This document shows, piece after piece, positions 28,789 through 39,739 of a stretch of 64,000 nt of DNA. Both the position numbers and the translations under genes were made by a program. Under the pieces are notes generated by a model. That model did not search any database, was not told the origin of the DNA, and saw only the letters and a program-made list of their open reading frames with translations. The stretch comes from a virus. Positions within the stretch are counted from its first letter, which is position 1. Every line of letters begins with the position of its first letter. The stretch spans positions 10,760 to 74,759 of the IMG/VR virus record IMGVR_UViG_3300031718_000003; one strand, given 5' to 3'.

Positions 28789-29477
28789 GGGACGCGCTCC
28801 ATGCTTCCATGGAGATTCGCTTCTAGTTCACGAATTTCGCGTTCCCGCTCTTCGTCGCTTTTTCGCGGCGTTTTTGCCATGGAGTCGGCAAGTTCCTTCT
28901 CCATAACCCGCGAGTTGCCAGGCGCGCACTGCGCGATCTTCCGTTTCTTCTGTGCGGCCTGATACTCCTCTTCCGGGTACAGGTGGCGGATCGCTTCGAG
29001 GTCCGCAGCTTGTGGGCGGGGTATTCGGGAGTGCTGGATCACACGCGCTACGAGTTTGTCGGATTGAGCGTCGTTACTGGCGATCTGGCCGGGTAATAGC
29101 CTCGCTCTTGGTGGCGCTTCAAGTTCCGGGGTGATCACGGCGCCCAGCAGCTTCTTTTGCTCCGCTGCGGTGAGGATCTTCGGGCCGGCCCAATTCGGGT
29201 TCTCGGAAGGGACCCCGTCCGGATATACGGTGGAGTGGACTTCAAAGCCGTCGAGGGGTGTGAATTTTGAGCAGTACACCGCACGTAATTCGAGTGGGCC
29301 AGGCCATTCATTAAATAGAGCCACAGCGCGCGCTGCTAGCCAGCAGACCTGTGTATCATTCGCGCACATGCGCCCGATTAGATTGCCGATCTCCGCCCGC
29401 GTGCCGGGTTCCGACGGGAAGAACTTGAGCTGCGCCAGGACGTCGAGAGCTTCGTTTAAAGCAAGCGCGCTAACCAC
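28785..29477 (-). CDS. Replication-associated protein (possible helicase loader)
   Basis: Directly downstream of the replication initiator; function inferred from position only. Confidence 0.45.
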   Translation of the reverse strand: MVSALALNEALDVLAQLKFFPSEPGTRAEIGNLIGRMCANDTQVCWLAARAVALFNEWPGPLELRAVYCSKFTPLDGFEVHSTVYPDGVPSENPNWAGPKILTAAEQKKLLGAVITPELEAPPRARLLPGQIASNDAQSDKLVARVIQHSRIPRPQAADLEAIRHLYPEEEYQAAQKKRKIAQCAPGNSRVMEKELADSMAKTPRKSDEEREREIRELEANLHGSMERVP

Positions 29478-30675
29478 GGGGTTCCTTTCTCATTTGCCGC
29501 GCGTAGAGAATCTGCATCGCTTCCTGGTTTTTACCCGCTGCCCTTCCGCCGCGCGGATCCGGCGGAATTGACTCCCATTGCCGGTTATCGATCATGTCGC
29601 TCAGGGTGGGTTTGCAGAATTGCCAGCCTTTTATATCCCAGTACACGGCCCATGCAGCGATGCCGGATTCAATGTCATCGAGACGCACGCCGAGTCTGAC
29701 CGCATCGCGAATCATCGTCTGGCAGGTATCGCGGCTGGCCCGGCGTCCAGCGCCGGTTTTTTTCCAAGAACGAAAGAGCTTGTCGAAGCGTGTCCGAAAT
29801 TCCGGGTCGGAGAGTGTAGGCCGAGGGGGGGGGAATTCGCCGCCCCCCGCTTGCGGGGGGTAGGGGGGTTTCTCCTTAGTAGTTACAGTAGTCACATCCT
29901 TATATGTAGTTATCGGGGGGAGAAAGTGTTCGAGGGTCTTTTCGATAAGTGATGCGACCCCGGCTTCGATCTCTTTTTCGATAAGTGATCGCTTATCGAT
30001 TTCGATAAGTGATGGTAACTCGAGATGTAGTTTTCCCTTGCATTTCCATTGATCCCCGTTTAGACTGTAAAGCGTTGATAGAGCGCAGTTTATGTGAAAA
30101 TATTTCATTGAACACTTATCGCCCCCCGATAAGTGTTCCGTTCGATTTCCCAATGTTTTGGCACTTTTTCGATTTGCGCTCGGCTGGGCATAGAAAAACA
30201 GGCGTGTAGGAGAGCCGGGGCCACCTCTCGATCCACGGCGAATCTCACCGTCTTCGGCCATCGCCGTCAGCTCTGCGGACACGTTCGGCAATAGAATCCC
30301 CGTGTCTCTCGCGGCGTCCTGTGGCCCGGCGGGGACTTTCGCCAACTTGCCTTGCCGGTTGACGAGTTTCATGGCTGTCCGGCCGTGAAAGCGCGGCACG
30401 CCGGCCTTTGTGATGGAGTGCTGAATACTTCCGATGCCAACCGTGGCCAGAGTGAACCAGGCGCGTAACCGCTCCCGCCGGGAGCATAGGGGACTGCGCA
30501 TGATGTATTCCGCCCGGCGGCGGATGTCCTGAAAATAGCGTCCGGCGTCAAGCCCTAGATCTTTCGCGAGCACTTCATCGCGAGCGAGCCCCAGGCGCCG
30601 TAGCCAACTGGGATGGTCGGGCCCTTCTTTACCGACGGGTTTTCTTGCCTGGCGTTCCGCGGCGGAACCGAGCAT
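29470..30675 (-). CDS. Phage replication initiator-like protein
   Basis: wHTH-like N-terminal region, internal iteron-like repeats, KEKPPYPPQ linker, C-terminal FDKLFRSW...NRQWE domain. Confidence 0.7.
   Translation of the reverse strand: MLGSAAERQARKPVGKEGPDHPSWLRRLGLARDEVLAKDLGLDAGRYFQDIRRRAEYIMRSPLCSRRERLRAWFTLATVGIGSIQHSITKAGVPRFHGRTAMKLVNRQGKLAKVPAGPQDAARDTGILLPNVSAELTAMAEDGEIRRGSRGGPGSPTRLFFYAQPSANRKSAKTLGNRTEHLSGGDKCSMKYFHINCALSTLYSLNGDQWKCKGKLHLELPSLIEIDKRSLIEKEIEAGVASLIEKTLEHFLPPITTYKDVTTVTTKEKPPYPPQAGGGEFPPPRPTLSDPEFRTRFDKLFRSWKKTGAGRRASRDTCQTMIRDAVRLGVRLDDIESGIAAWAVYWDIKGWQFCKPTLSDMIDNRQWESIPPDPRGGRAAGKNQEAMQILYARQMRKEPRG
29941..30138. promoter_or_regulatory. Putative replication origin (iterons plus AT-rich tract)
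   Basis: TTCGATAAGTGAT at 29941, 29977 and 30001; palindrome GAACACTTATCG-N5-CGATAAGTGTTC at 30110-30138; inside the initiator gene, as in lambda O. Confidence 0.65.
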
Positions 30676-30869
30676 CTCTTCTCTCCCTCTTTTCTCTCAG
30701 CGTGTGATGTAGGCTATCCAGGCGCTGAGGGAGCCGATAGCGAGGGCGACTGCTGTGGCGATAGTCCTGAGTTTTCGGGTGGTCATAAACACATTTCTTT
30801 CTTCGGGGTCGGTAGCCTGCACAGTTCGGCTATCCGCCGTTTGCGTTCGGAACGATCGAGCGATCAGAC

Positions 30870-31112
30870 TCATGCCGCACCTCGCGCGATCTTCTCGAGC
30901 TGCCATTCGCGCACCAGCAGCTTGAGCACTTCCGATTGGCGCGTCCCGATCGTCAGATCGGCATACCAGTCCTTGACCGCGTGAGCCCAGACTTCGCGGC
31001 GCTCTATATCTTCGGCGTTTGCCTCGGCCCACTCGAGAATGCGCAGCTCCGCTTCGCGCAGGCGGTCACGCTCGGGTAGGGAAGTGGCGTTGCAAGTAGC
31101 TGGCGCGCTCAT
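30870..31112 (-). CDS. Hypothetical protein
   Basis: Overlapping start/stop with neighbours. Confidence 0.5.
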   Translation of the reverse strand: MSAPATCNATSLPERDRLREAELRILEWAEANAEDIERREVWAHAVKDWYADLTIGTRQSEVLKLLVREWQLEKIARGAA

Positions 31113-31605
31113 GACTCTCGCTCCTGGCTCTCCGTGATCCGGAAATGCTTCACGTTTCCGGCCATGGCCTCAAGCTGCTTCAACCGCGCCTTCATGTCCG
31201 CGAGATGTTGCTCGCCCTCCTCAATCCATTTTTTGAGCTTGGGGCGGTCCTCTTCAATTTGTTCGCGCGTTGGACTCAGGCGGCGCTCCAGGCGCTCGGC
31301 CTCCCGGCGTTGCTCCTCTTCTTCTCTTTGCTGCCGCCAGCGTTCGCGGCGCTGCTTACGGGTCTCGTAAAACTGCGGGTCACATAGCAAATCGGCTGTT
31401 TGTTTGATTCCGCGCTCGGCGCCGACCGCAAAACTGTGAGCTACATCGCGGACGACGCATTCCGTGTACGTGGTCAGCCAGCGCAAAACGTCGGGAGTTC
31501 GCAAGGATGCGGGTGCTCGGTTCGCATACCGCTCTACCAGGCATGCAGCCGAATCAAAATGATTTCGTTTTGAAACCGCAGGGGGCAATTGGGCGTTCTC
31601 CGCGC

Positions 31606-31875
31606 TCATACCGCCCCGCCCGCCGCACGCACGCGCTGGCGCGGATCGATGTAGCGATTGCGCTTGCGGTGTTCCTTTTGCTCCAGCTCCACAACTGCGC
31701 GCTCGTAGCTCTCGCCGAAGTGAGGAATGCGAATGTAGAGCGCGCTCTGCGTCTCCGGCGCCAGCCGGTGGAAGCAACGGCCACAGAATGCGTGCTTGCG
31801 CTTCTTGCTGCGCCCGCAGTGGCAGCGCTCGCTTTGCAGGATGGCGTATTGCTCGCGCTCGGTGAGGGTTGTCAT
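31606..31875 (-). CDS. Small Zn-finger-like protein
   Basis: CHCG...FCGRCFHRLAP. Confidence 0.55.
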   Translation of the reverse strand: MTTLTEREQYAILQSERCHCGRSKKRKHAFCGRCFHRLAPETQSALYIRIPHFGESYERAVVELEQKEHRKRNRYIDPRQRVRAAGGAV

Positions 31876-32635
31876 GCCGCGCCTCCTGTTTCAGGGCGAC
31901 ACGGAGCCCGCACCAGCGACGGCGCAGCGCGCCGAAGCGGCATCAACAAAACAAGCTTTTCTAAGGGATCTCCGACTTGACTATCAAGCCGATACAGGAC
32001 AGAATCAAAAAAGCACAGCATCGTGTTTGCCCTCCTTTTTTGGGCACAGCATCGTGTTTTGTGTACCTGTGGCTGGTTTGGTTTTCGTTCGCTCTCAAGC
32101 CCTTCGAAAAGTTTAGGAGTGAACGAAAGGAGGACTCAGTTGCGGGGGCGGCCTAGCGGCCGCCGGCATAATACACGTTGTCGGGAGGCTTTTCTCCCGG
32201 CGACCGGGTGAGTCAGCCTCCCGCGACTTAACCGTGACTTCCGATAACGAATAACTTGTCCCGGTAACTTCCCCACCCAATTTCCACTGCTGTAAAACGA
32301 GAGCGCATGAGGTGCGCCTCTCGTGCGCATGGCGCAAGAAGCTATGGAATACGTACGCGACATCTGCGAGGAGCTTCATTCACTCTCCAGAACCGAGAGC
32401 CTGGCGAGCGGGGGTGTTCTGAAGGGCCTTAGGGAAAGCCCATCCCCCGCTGTCAGGATCCTTTACTGCTATCCAACGGGCTGGCCGGCCACGTCGAACC
32501 ATTCCACTATACAGGATTCCACAAATTTCGCAATTGAGTTTACTAGGGCATCCCCGTCGCCAATAAACTTCGGTAGGCGTTTTTCCAGGGTACGTCCACA
32601 GCAATTCCACCGCAAGGGCACCCGTCGTTTCCCGG

Positions 32636-33163
32636 TCACGCGATTCGCGCGAGCAGGCTGTCATCGAGCATCGCGCACAAACGCCGGTCACCCCCAACCG
32701 GAGCGCCTTCCAGCTCCATCTCGAGGAATCGGAGCACCCTATCCCGCGCGCCCTCGTAGTCGAACGGAACAATGTGCTCGGGATCGGCGCGTAGTTCCCG
32801 GACCGCTATCGGCCGGATGGCCACAGCCCATTCATAGCCCGTGGCACGCACCTGGGCGAGATCGCGAAACTCGCGCCGCTCGCGGTCGTAGCGCCACAGT
32901 ACCCAGAGATATTCCCGCCCGCCAGCGGACCCGGCATATTCGAGCAGAATCGCCGGCTCCGGGAGTTCCACTCGCGGGATGGCGTCGCCAGGCCGTAGTA
33001 CTTTACCCTCGAAACCGAACCCGTCGAACGCTTTCGGATCGACGCGGGACAGTACTTTGATCCAATCGCCCGCATGGCGTTTCCGCGCCGACCGCGGCAG
33101 CCGCACATCGTCTTCGCGGCAGATCGCGCGTCCGCGGATAAAGGGTTTGGGACTTATATACAT
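32636..33163 (-). CDS. Hypothetical protein
   Basis: Probable start MYISP with GGAG RBS. Confidence 0.55.
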   Translation of the reverse strand: MYISPKPFIRGRAICREDDVRLPRSARKRHAGDWIKVLSRVDPKAFDGFGFEGKVLRPGDAIPRVELPEPAILLEYAGSAGGREYLWVLWRYDRERREFRDLAQVRATGYEWAVAIRPIAVRELRADPEHIVPFDYEGARDRVLRFLEMELEGAPVGGDRRLCAMLDDSLLARIA

Positions 33164-34272
33164 GACTCCCCGAGCCTCTGTATAGATTCTGCCGATGCTC
33201 CGACAGCGCTCATCCCGAGCGCAAGGTGATTCAAAGCTGCGTTGTGATCGCGTCCAAGCGTTAGCCCGCAGGCGCACGCGTGCGTTCGTTCGGCGAGCGT
33301 CTTAGGAACGATCTTTCCGCAGCCAGAACACTTCTGAGATGACCGCCATGGATTGACCGGCACAGCCCAACGCCCAGCTTGTTCGGCTTTGTACGTCGTG
33401 CACCAGATCAATACTCCCCAGGCAGCATCCATGATCGACTTTGCAAGATTCGACCGCGCCATGTTGCGAATCGTTAAATCCTCATAGGCGATCAAATCGT
33501 AGTTTGAAACCAGCCACTTTGAAACGTGATGAATGTAATTCAGCCGGGCATTCGCAGCTCGCTGATGAGTACGCCGCAGCGCTTCACGGGCGCGTACGCG
33601 ATTCTTTGAGCGTTTCTGCTTACTGGATAGAGACCGGCTCGCCGCCGCAATCCGGCGCTCGTGTTTCCGGGTCCAGCGCGGATTCTCGATGGCCGAGCCG
33701 TCGCTGAGCGTTGCGAGTGACGTTAAACCTACGTCGATTCCAACAGGATTCGAGACGGCGCACTTATCCGGCGCGGGGCCGGCGTCGCACACTACCGATG
33801 CCGTCCAGCGCTTGCCGCCGCGCTTGATCGAACAAACCTTCGCGCGCCCTTCAATCTTCCGGCCGCCGCGCGCGCGTATATCACCAACGTTGGGAATCTT
33901 AATGGACTTCTCCCGGCACACTGGGAGACCGAACGCGAAGGAATCGTAGCGCCGCCAGGATCGGAAGCGTGGAAACCCCGGCTTTTCGCCGGCCTTGCAT
34001 CTCCGGAAGAAAGCTTTGAACGCCCGGTCCAGCCGCCGTAACGGGTCGCGTTGGATATCGCACGCCATCCACTGGAATGCCGGATCTTTACGCAACTCCG
34101 TCAGTTCGTCCTGTTGATCGCGATATGTGATGCTTTTTCGGGCCATGCGCCAAGCGTCCCGTCTCTCCTGGAGCGCTGCGTTGTATGTCTCGCAATTGTC
34201 AGTCAGGATGCGTTCCAAGGCTGCCGTTTGCGCAGCATTCGGACGAAGACGGAATTGAAATGTCCTCAGCAT
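33154..34272 (-). CDS. tnpB: TnpB (IS200/IS605 family RNA-guided nuclease), no tnpA nearby
   Basis: MLRTFQFRLRPN HTH, GFPRFRS, RuvC motifs VGIDVG / IAYEDL / RDHNAALN, Zn ribbon CSGC..CACG. Confidence 0.95.
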   Translation of the reverse strand: MLRTFQFRLRPNAAQTAALERILTDNCETYNAALQERRDAWRMARKSITYRDQQDELTELRKDPAFQWMACDIQRDPLRRLDRAFKAFFRRCKAGEKPGFPRFRSWRRYDSFAFGLPVCREKSIKIPNVGDIRARGGRKIEGRAKVCSIKRGGKRWTASVVCDAGPAPDKCAVSNPVGIDVGLTSLATLSDGSAIENPRWTRKHERRIAAASRSLSSKQKRSKNRVRAREALRRTHQRAANARLNYIHHVSKWLVSNYDLIAYEDLTIRNMARSNLAKSIMDAAWGVLIWCTTYKAEQAGRWAVPVNPWRSSQKCSGCGKIVPKTLAERTHACACGLTLGRDHNAALNHLALGMSAVGASAESIQRLGESCI

Positions 34273-34275
34273 AGG

Positions 34276-34593
34276 TCAGTCACGGGAATTATCTATATAA
34301 ATCCCCTTATTTTCACATCCCACCAACCGTTCCCTCACGGCAAACAATACTGCTTCCACAACCGAGTGAATCCCAAGTTTCAGGTACAGCCGGCTTCGAT
34401 GCGTATCAGAAGTTTTAGGTGAAATACCCATACGGAATGCTACTTCCTTGTTGCTTAATCCATGGGCTAATAGGATGAGTACCTGGGTCTCTCGTGAGGT
34501 TAAGGATAGAACCTTTAAGATCTCGCTGCGTCCTTCTTCGGGGTGAGCCAGGAGCTGCTCCCGGCGGTCCGCCGTTTGCGCCTGTGGCGTCAT
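34276..34593 (-). CDS. LuxR-family HTH regulator
   Basis: LTSRETQVLILLAHGLSNKEVAFRMGISPKTSDTHRSRLYLKLGIHS. Confidence 0.9.
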   Translation of the reverse strand: MTPQAQTADRREQLLAHPEEGRSEILKVLSLTSRETQVLILLAHGLSNKEVAFRMGISPKTSDTHRSRLYLKLGIHSVVEAVLFAVRERLVGCENKGIYIDNSRD

Positions 34594-35563
34594 AGGGTAT
34601 CCTTTGCATCGATTCTCCTGAGCAATTCACGCGCTCGTATCACAGCGGGCGGATCATTACCTGGTTGGTCCCAGACCACACCGGAGCGATATAGGGGTCC
34701 CGCGATCCATGCGTCAAAGAGGCTAAGAAGATCACGGAGCGCCTGGGCCAGCTCCCCGTCAGCGGCTTGTGCCCGTGGTGTCATGCGGTCTCCTTTGCTT
34801 CGGGGTCAGTGGTTGTCGCACTGGGGCGATTCGCCGTTTGCGCCTGTGGCGTTGATGGATCAGGCGCAAACGTTGAGGGCTGACTGCTGCCGTCTACTGA
34901 CCCCGAAGAAATCAGCGTTCGTGTCTGTGAAATTGTAGTCACCTGGGGGTACCGTGTGTGCGTCTGGGCCCCGGATTCCCATTGAATAACCGTGCATTCA
35001 GGACACCTACGGATCTTGGAGGGCACTGGGAATACGTCCATTTCCGCGCCGCACGCTGGGCACAGGTACGTCATTGGCGCCGCCCTCCTATCAGTCTCCG
35101 CACTGTCGCAAGAACCGCGACGGCAATCAGCAGACCGATCATCAGATCGGTGTTAGGCGCATTCGGGATCTGACACTCGGCCAGGGCCATCTGACCAAAG
35201 ATCCCGCCGGTGCACAACAAAATGATGAACACATATTCAGTCCAATCGCTTTTCATGCGCTCCTCCGCGCTGATAGTTGCCCTGCGGCGAAGCCGTGTTG
35301 CCGCACCTGGTGAAATAGGGCGCGCACGGCATTGTCTACCACGAGGATGGCTTGGTAATCGCCCTGGTTCCAGCCGCACTGCGCCAGGCGCTGGGCCAAG
35401 TAGTGATTGACGCTGAGCAGAAAAGAGAGTGCGCTGAATTCGTTGCCATCGAATAGCAGGGAGTAGCGCAGCCACGCTATGTCGTCGCTGGGGCGGACAT
35501 CGGGAACCTGCATCTGGCGACGAGCGCGGGCTTGATTGAATTTCGTAAAATCGTTCGGCATGA

Positions 35564-35788
35564 TTACTTCGCTTTCCGCCGCAGTGCGGCTTTCTCTCGC
35601 ATCCGTTCTTCCGCTACACGCCGGGCTGCGAGCCACAGGGCAGCATCGTAGGCCAGGGTATAGCGCTGGCGCGTGCCCTTAAACCGCATCTCCATGTGCC
35701 GGGGATGCAGCGTCACCAGGAGCGGCTTGCCGTGGTCGATGAAGGCGGTTTCTCGGGTGAGTGGGGAGTCTGGTTTGATCAGGGTCAT
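35564..35788 (-). CDS. Hypothetical phage protein
   Basis: 74 aa, follows element 35806-35853. Confidence 0.55.
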   Translation of the reverse strand: MTLIKPDSPLTRETAFIDHGKPLLVTLHPRHMEMRFKGTRQRYTLAYDAALWLAARRVAEERMREKAALRRKAK

Positions 35789-37064
35789 GAATCAACTTCT
35801 CTTTTCTTCCGGGTCAGTGGGCGGAAGCTGTGGCCGGTCCGCCGTTTGGGCCTGATCCGTCTTTCGCGGCCACCACGGAGAGTTGATGATCGGGTTGAGC
35901 GCGCATTGCATCCACCGCGGCTCCTGACCATTGATTTCCATCTGGCAAGGGGCAAAGCGATCGGAGATCAGGGCGCATTCGTTACCACCCTGTCCCATGA
36001 ATCGCCCAGCCATTAGCGCCACGTGGGACTTTCCGTAAAAATGGCAGCTCATGCTATACCTCCGTCTCATCCGGCTCGACTTCCAGGATCTCGCCTACCG
36101 CCAGCAGGCGCTCGATATCCAGTTCCGCCTCGTGGGCGATCCTCGCGACGCGGATTCGGGCTTCTTCTCCGGTGTCGGCATCGATGTTCAACCAGACTGT
36201 CAGATTTACGAGAACTTTCATCGTCCTTCCCCCACACAGAGACTGAGTTCCTTCTTTAACGGCGACGCGGGCGAGATCCTTTCCGCAAAGCCAGGCGGAA
36301 AAATATAGCACGGCGGGACGATGTTGAAGCGCGATCCGCATTCCGGGTTGGCGCACATGATGTTCTCGCACATGCCGCCCTCCGGACCATGGAAAAAGCC
36401 ATCCTTCCCATGACAGTCCGGGCATTTGCCGTTCGTGAAAAGACTCATCCTCAGGGCGTCCTCCTCCACGGCAGACTCTTCAGGCGCAAACGGTGGAGCA
36501 CTGAGGGTGGAATCCTGGCTCACCCCGAAGCCATGAGCATTTTTATGTTTCACTGAACCTCCTTGGATTGACGAATTGTACGGCTAACAGGGTAAGGCAG
36601 CGCAATCTGCCCCTTCAACTCGCTCACCTCGAATACCCGATGCGTTCCACGGCGATACGCCCGGCGGACGGCCTCCACGTGGCGCCGGCAAAGATTGGCA
36701 CAGCCGGTTCCCCAAAAGCAGTGCTTGGCCGCTGGCTCGTGGCCATTGTCGAAGGCGCAGCGGTCGGTGTGGCGCGAGGGTTTCAAGTAGCAGGGCATCA
36801 TAGCTGCACCTTGAAATTCGGCCCTGCTGTCTCGGGATGCTCGACCACGTACTCGGCTTGGGCCTTGGTGCAGGGATGGTAAACCACGACGACCGGTCCG
36901 TCCGTGCATACGTGGGATTTGTTGTTATACGCCCGCTCCATCTGCCTCACGATGTCGTCGTCATCGAGCAACACCTCGAACAGCCCTTCGATGCGCCGGT
37001 TCATGCGGTCGGTGCAGCCGAATTGGAGATGAATGCGGCGGAGATTGCGTTTTTCTGGCATAAG

Positions 37065-37511
37065 CTAACTCCCTTTTTCTTCGGGGTCAGCCGGGTTCTT
37101 CTCCCGGCGGTCCGCCGTTTGCGCCTGGGGTTTCCAGTGGTAGATGTGGCCCTCGAAAGGCAGGCGCCCCGCCCAGAAGCCGATCATGTCCAGGAAGGAG
37201 TTGAAGCCGTCCCGGCGAGCGAGCAGCTCCTTTTCGGAGTCATCGAGCGCCACGCCGTTAATGTATACGTCCGCATAGCAGCCGCGCGGGCCCGGCGCCA
37301 TCCGGATTTCCTCCACCTTCACGCAGAGCGCCCGAAGCAGTAGTCGCGCTCCCTTGCGCCGCAGCCCCGTATACAGATGCATCGTGCCGCCGACGAGGTC
37401 TATCAAGCCTGGGCGTCCCCTGCGCGAGCGGCGCGGAGCGCGGATGGTATGCGTCTTCCGTCCGTCCAGGATGAACGGCACGAAGCGCGGCTGGAAATTG
37501 TAGATGCCCAT
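37065..37511 (-). CDS. ASCH/PUA-like domain protein
   Basis: NFQPRFVPFILDGRKTHTIR, LYTGLR, ARRDGF. Confidence 0.8.
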   Translation of the reverse strand: MGIYNFQPRFVPFILDGRKTHTIRAPRRSRRGRPGLIDLVGGTMHLYTGLRRKGARLLLRALCVKVEEIRMAPGPRGCYADVYINGVALDDSEKELLARRDGFNSFLDMIGFWAGRLPFEGHIYHWKPQAQTADRREKNPADPEEKGS

Positions 37512-37725
37512 TAGATCCCCTGTCCGTTCGGCCAGTCAGTGAATGGCTCACGTTCCCGAGTCAGTGGCTCGCCGAGTTCGAGGTATCGGTCGTCCCTCCA
37601 CGCTCGACGCGCCTCGCGCAAACAACGCTGATGCGTTGGCTCGTCCAGGTATCCAGCGAATTGCCGCTCCCCATCGGCGAACTGGTCTCCGCACCAGTCG
37701 CATCCTCTCGACGCCATGTACACGC

Positions 37726-38112
37726 TCATAACGCCTTCCTCACCTTCTGGCTGAACGCCTTCTCCTCCTGATACTCCTCCCTCAATTCCTGGATCGCATC
37801 GTCCAGATTGATGCCGTAACGCTGCTCCCATGCCCGCCGGCCATGTTCAATCGAGTAGCGCCCGAATCCGTGTAGGTGTTGGCATAGTGGGAGTGGTACC
37901 GTCCTGTGATCGTTTTTCTGCGCCCCAGCGCACTCTTTGACGTGGTGGGCGGTGGTGTAGCAGCGTCCCGAGCAGAGCGGATCGTGCTCGGTGACGAGCG
38001 GGGCCTGGGCGTGAATCCAGTGGAGATATTTGCGGTCCACGGTCCTACCGCGACGCGGCCGCGCGCGCCGGAAGTTTGGGCGCACGCGGCGAAGGATGGA
38101 GAAGAAGCTCAT
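37726..38112 (-). CDS. DUF968/NinG-like putative HNH nuclease
   Basis: KYLHWIH..., AHHV...KNDHRTVPL, HG...WEQRYGI. Confidence 0.65.
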   Translation of the reverse strand: MSFFSILRRVRPNFRRARPRRGRTVDRKYLHWIHAQAPLVTEHDPLCSGRCYTTAHHVKECAGAQKNDHRTVPLPLCQHLHGFGRYSIEHGRRAWEQRYGINLDDAIQELREEYQEEKAFSQKVRKAL

Positions 38113-38723
38113 TTGCGCACCAGCGACAGCTTACCGAAAGCCATTTCTGCGCCCATGACCGGCTCTTTCGCATCCAGGGCCTTCTTCACAGCAGTTTTGC
38201 TGATTACCAGCTTGGGATTCTTGACGGCTTCCAAAACCTTGGTATTCAGGTCGATGTCGAGCGAGCCGATCAGCTCCTCCCACAGCACGGCGGGTAGGCT
38301 GACGGTTGCTGTCTTGTAGTCGGCGGGCACGGCGGCTTCGTCCGTGATGTTTACCGTATCGGGGCATTGGCGTACGCTGAGTGTAGAGACGTTACCTTCC
38401 AATTTTCTGTAGCGCCCTTTCTCGTCCAGCCCGATCGCTTCGATGACGTGGCAGACATAGCCTTCGAGCCGTTCCTGCTGCCGCTCGTACCACGCTTTAC
38501 GTTCTATGAGCCGCTTGATCTCCTGGGCGGCGAAAGCCTGCTGCATTTCCAGATGCGCGAGGTAATGCGCCACACGGTCCCGCTTGTCGGCCGCGGCGAG
38601 TAGTGCGGCGCCGAAGTCGGCCAGAAACTGCTCCTGCTGCTCGGGGGTCACGGTTTCGGTGGATTCCGCCAGGGCGAGGACATTGTCCTCGCAGTCGTAT
38701 AAAGTCAACGCTTGGGCAGCCAT
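38109..38723 (-). CDS. Siphovirus Gp157-like protein
   Basis: LTLY..., QEIKRLIERK, VNITDEAAVPADYK, ISKTAVKKAL...VMGAE; adjacent to the SSAP. Confidence 0.85.
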   Translation of the reverse strand: MAAQALTLYDCEDNVLALAESTETVTPEQQEQFLADFGAALLAAADKRDRVAHYLAHLEMQQAFAAQEIKRLIERKAWYERQQERLEGYVCHVIEAIGLDEKGRYRKLEGNVSTLSVRQCPDTVNITDEAAVPADYKTATVSLPAVLWEELIGSLDIDLNTKVLEAVKNPKLVISKTAVKKALDAKEPVMGAEMAFGKLSLVRK

Positions 38724-39739
38724 TATTTGGCCTCCTTTTCAGCGATCCCGACGAGCTCGCGGTATGCCTTTACTGCGTCTTCGGTTGAGGTGAATTGGGC
38801 GGCATTGGTCAATGACACGCCGGTGGCGCCGTGGTAGTGATTCAAAACAGCGAAGTACTGGACTTCACCGACACGTTCACGGAGTTGATCCATGAGTACG
38901 ATGAATTGCCGCTTGCCTGTCCATGGCTTAACAAAGGCAACGCTTTTTGCTTCCGGGTGAGTGGTCGATTGCTGTGCGCTATTCGCCGTTTGGGCCTGAA
39001 CTTTCGCTTTCAATTCGGCTTCGGCTTTATTGAACGCTTCGACCTTGGCGTCCGCCACGGCCTTCTGGGCTGCGGTTGGGGTTACCGCCGGGCCGTCGGT
39101 GGCTTCCGGGTCGGAGGCGTTACGGCGGCGGCGCGTTTCCGTGGGCGGGGGATTATTGTCCCGGCCCTTGTAAACCTCCATGCCGATCCCCAGATGGGAA
39201 GCGATCTTGGTCAGGGCGTCGGTGCAGGCGCCCTTGTAGGCGTCGCCGCGATCCTCGTTGTCATTGCCGCCGTAGGCTTCCATGTGTATGCCGTAGCGCG
39301 GGACTGTGAAGTACGCCTTCATGACCACCATGGTGGCGGGACGCTCGATGGTCTTTCCATCCTTGGTGATCGTCTTGGTGAATGCCTGGGACTCGACGAA
39401 TTCGTACACTTCGTGCCATCCGCCTGGCCCGAAGACTTCGTTCAGCCGCTCGATGACGTACGCGGGCTTGATGCTGGACAGGTAGGATTTGGTGGGGTGC
39501 GGGGTAATCGCTCGCGCCGGCAGCGGGGCATTCAACTTCTCGATCATCGCGGGGGGTACTGGTTCCGGCTGTGCTGGAAGGACCACAGGGCGCGGCTGCT
39601 TCTCCTCGTAGACTTTCATGATGGAGGCTTCAAGCATGCGCTCCATATCGGATTTCGGGGTGAGTTCCAGGCTGCTCATTTGCCTGCTCCTTTCGTCGCC
39701 AGCGCAAAACCGAAAAGAAACATTTCCAGAAGGTTGCAA
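38723..39739 (-). CDS. Rad52/Rad22-like (Sak) single-strand annealing protein
   Basis: LNAPLP, YVIERLNEVFGPGGW, DAYKGACTDALTKIASHLGIGMEVY. Confidence 0.88.
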   Translation of the reverse strand: MQPSGNVSFRFCAGDERSRQMSSLELTPKSDMERMLEASIMKVYEEKQPRPVVLPAQPEPVPPAMIEKLNAPLPARAITPHPTKSYLSSIKPAYVIERLNEVFGPGGWHEVYEFVESQAFTKTITKDGKTIERPATMVVMKAYFTVPRYGIHMEAYGGNDNEDRGDAYKGACTDALTKIASHLGIGMEVYKGRDNNPPPTETRRRRNASDPEATDGPAVTPTAAQKAVADAKVEAFNKAEAELKAKVQAQTANSAQQSTTHPEAKSVAFVKPWTGKRQFIVLMDQLRERVGEVQYFAVLNHYHGATGVSLTNAAQFTSTEDAVKAYRELVGIAEKEAK

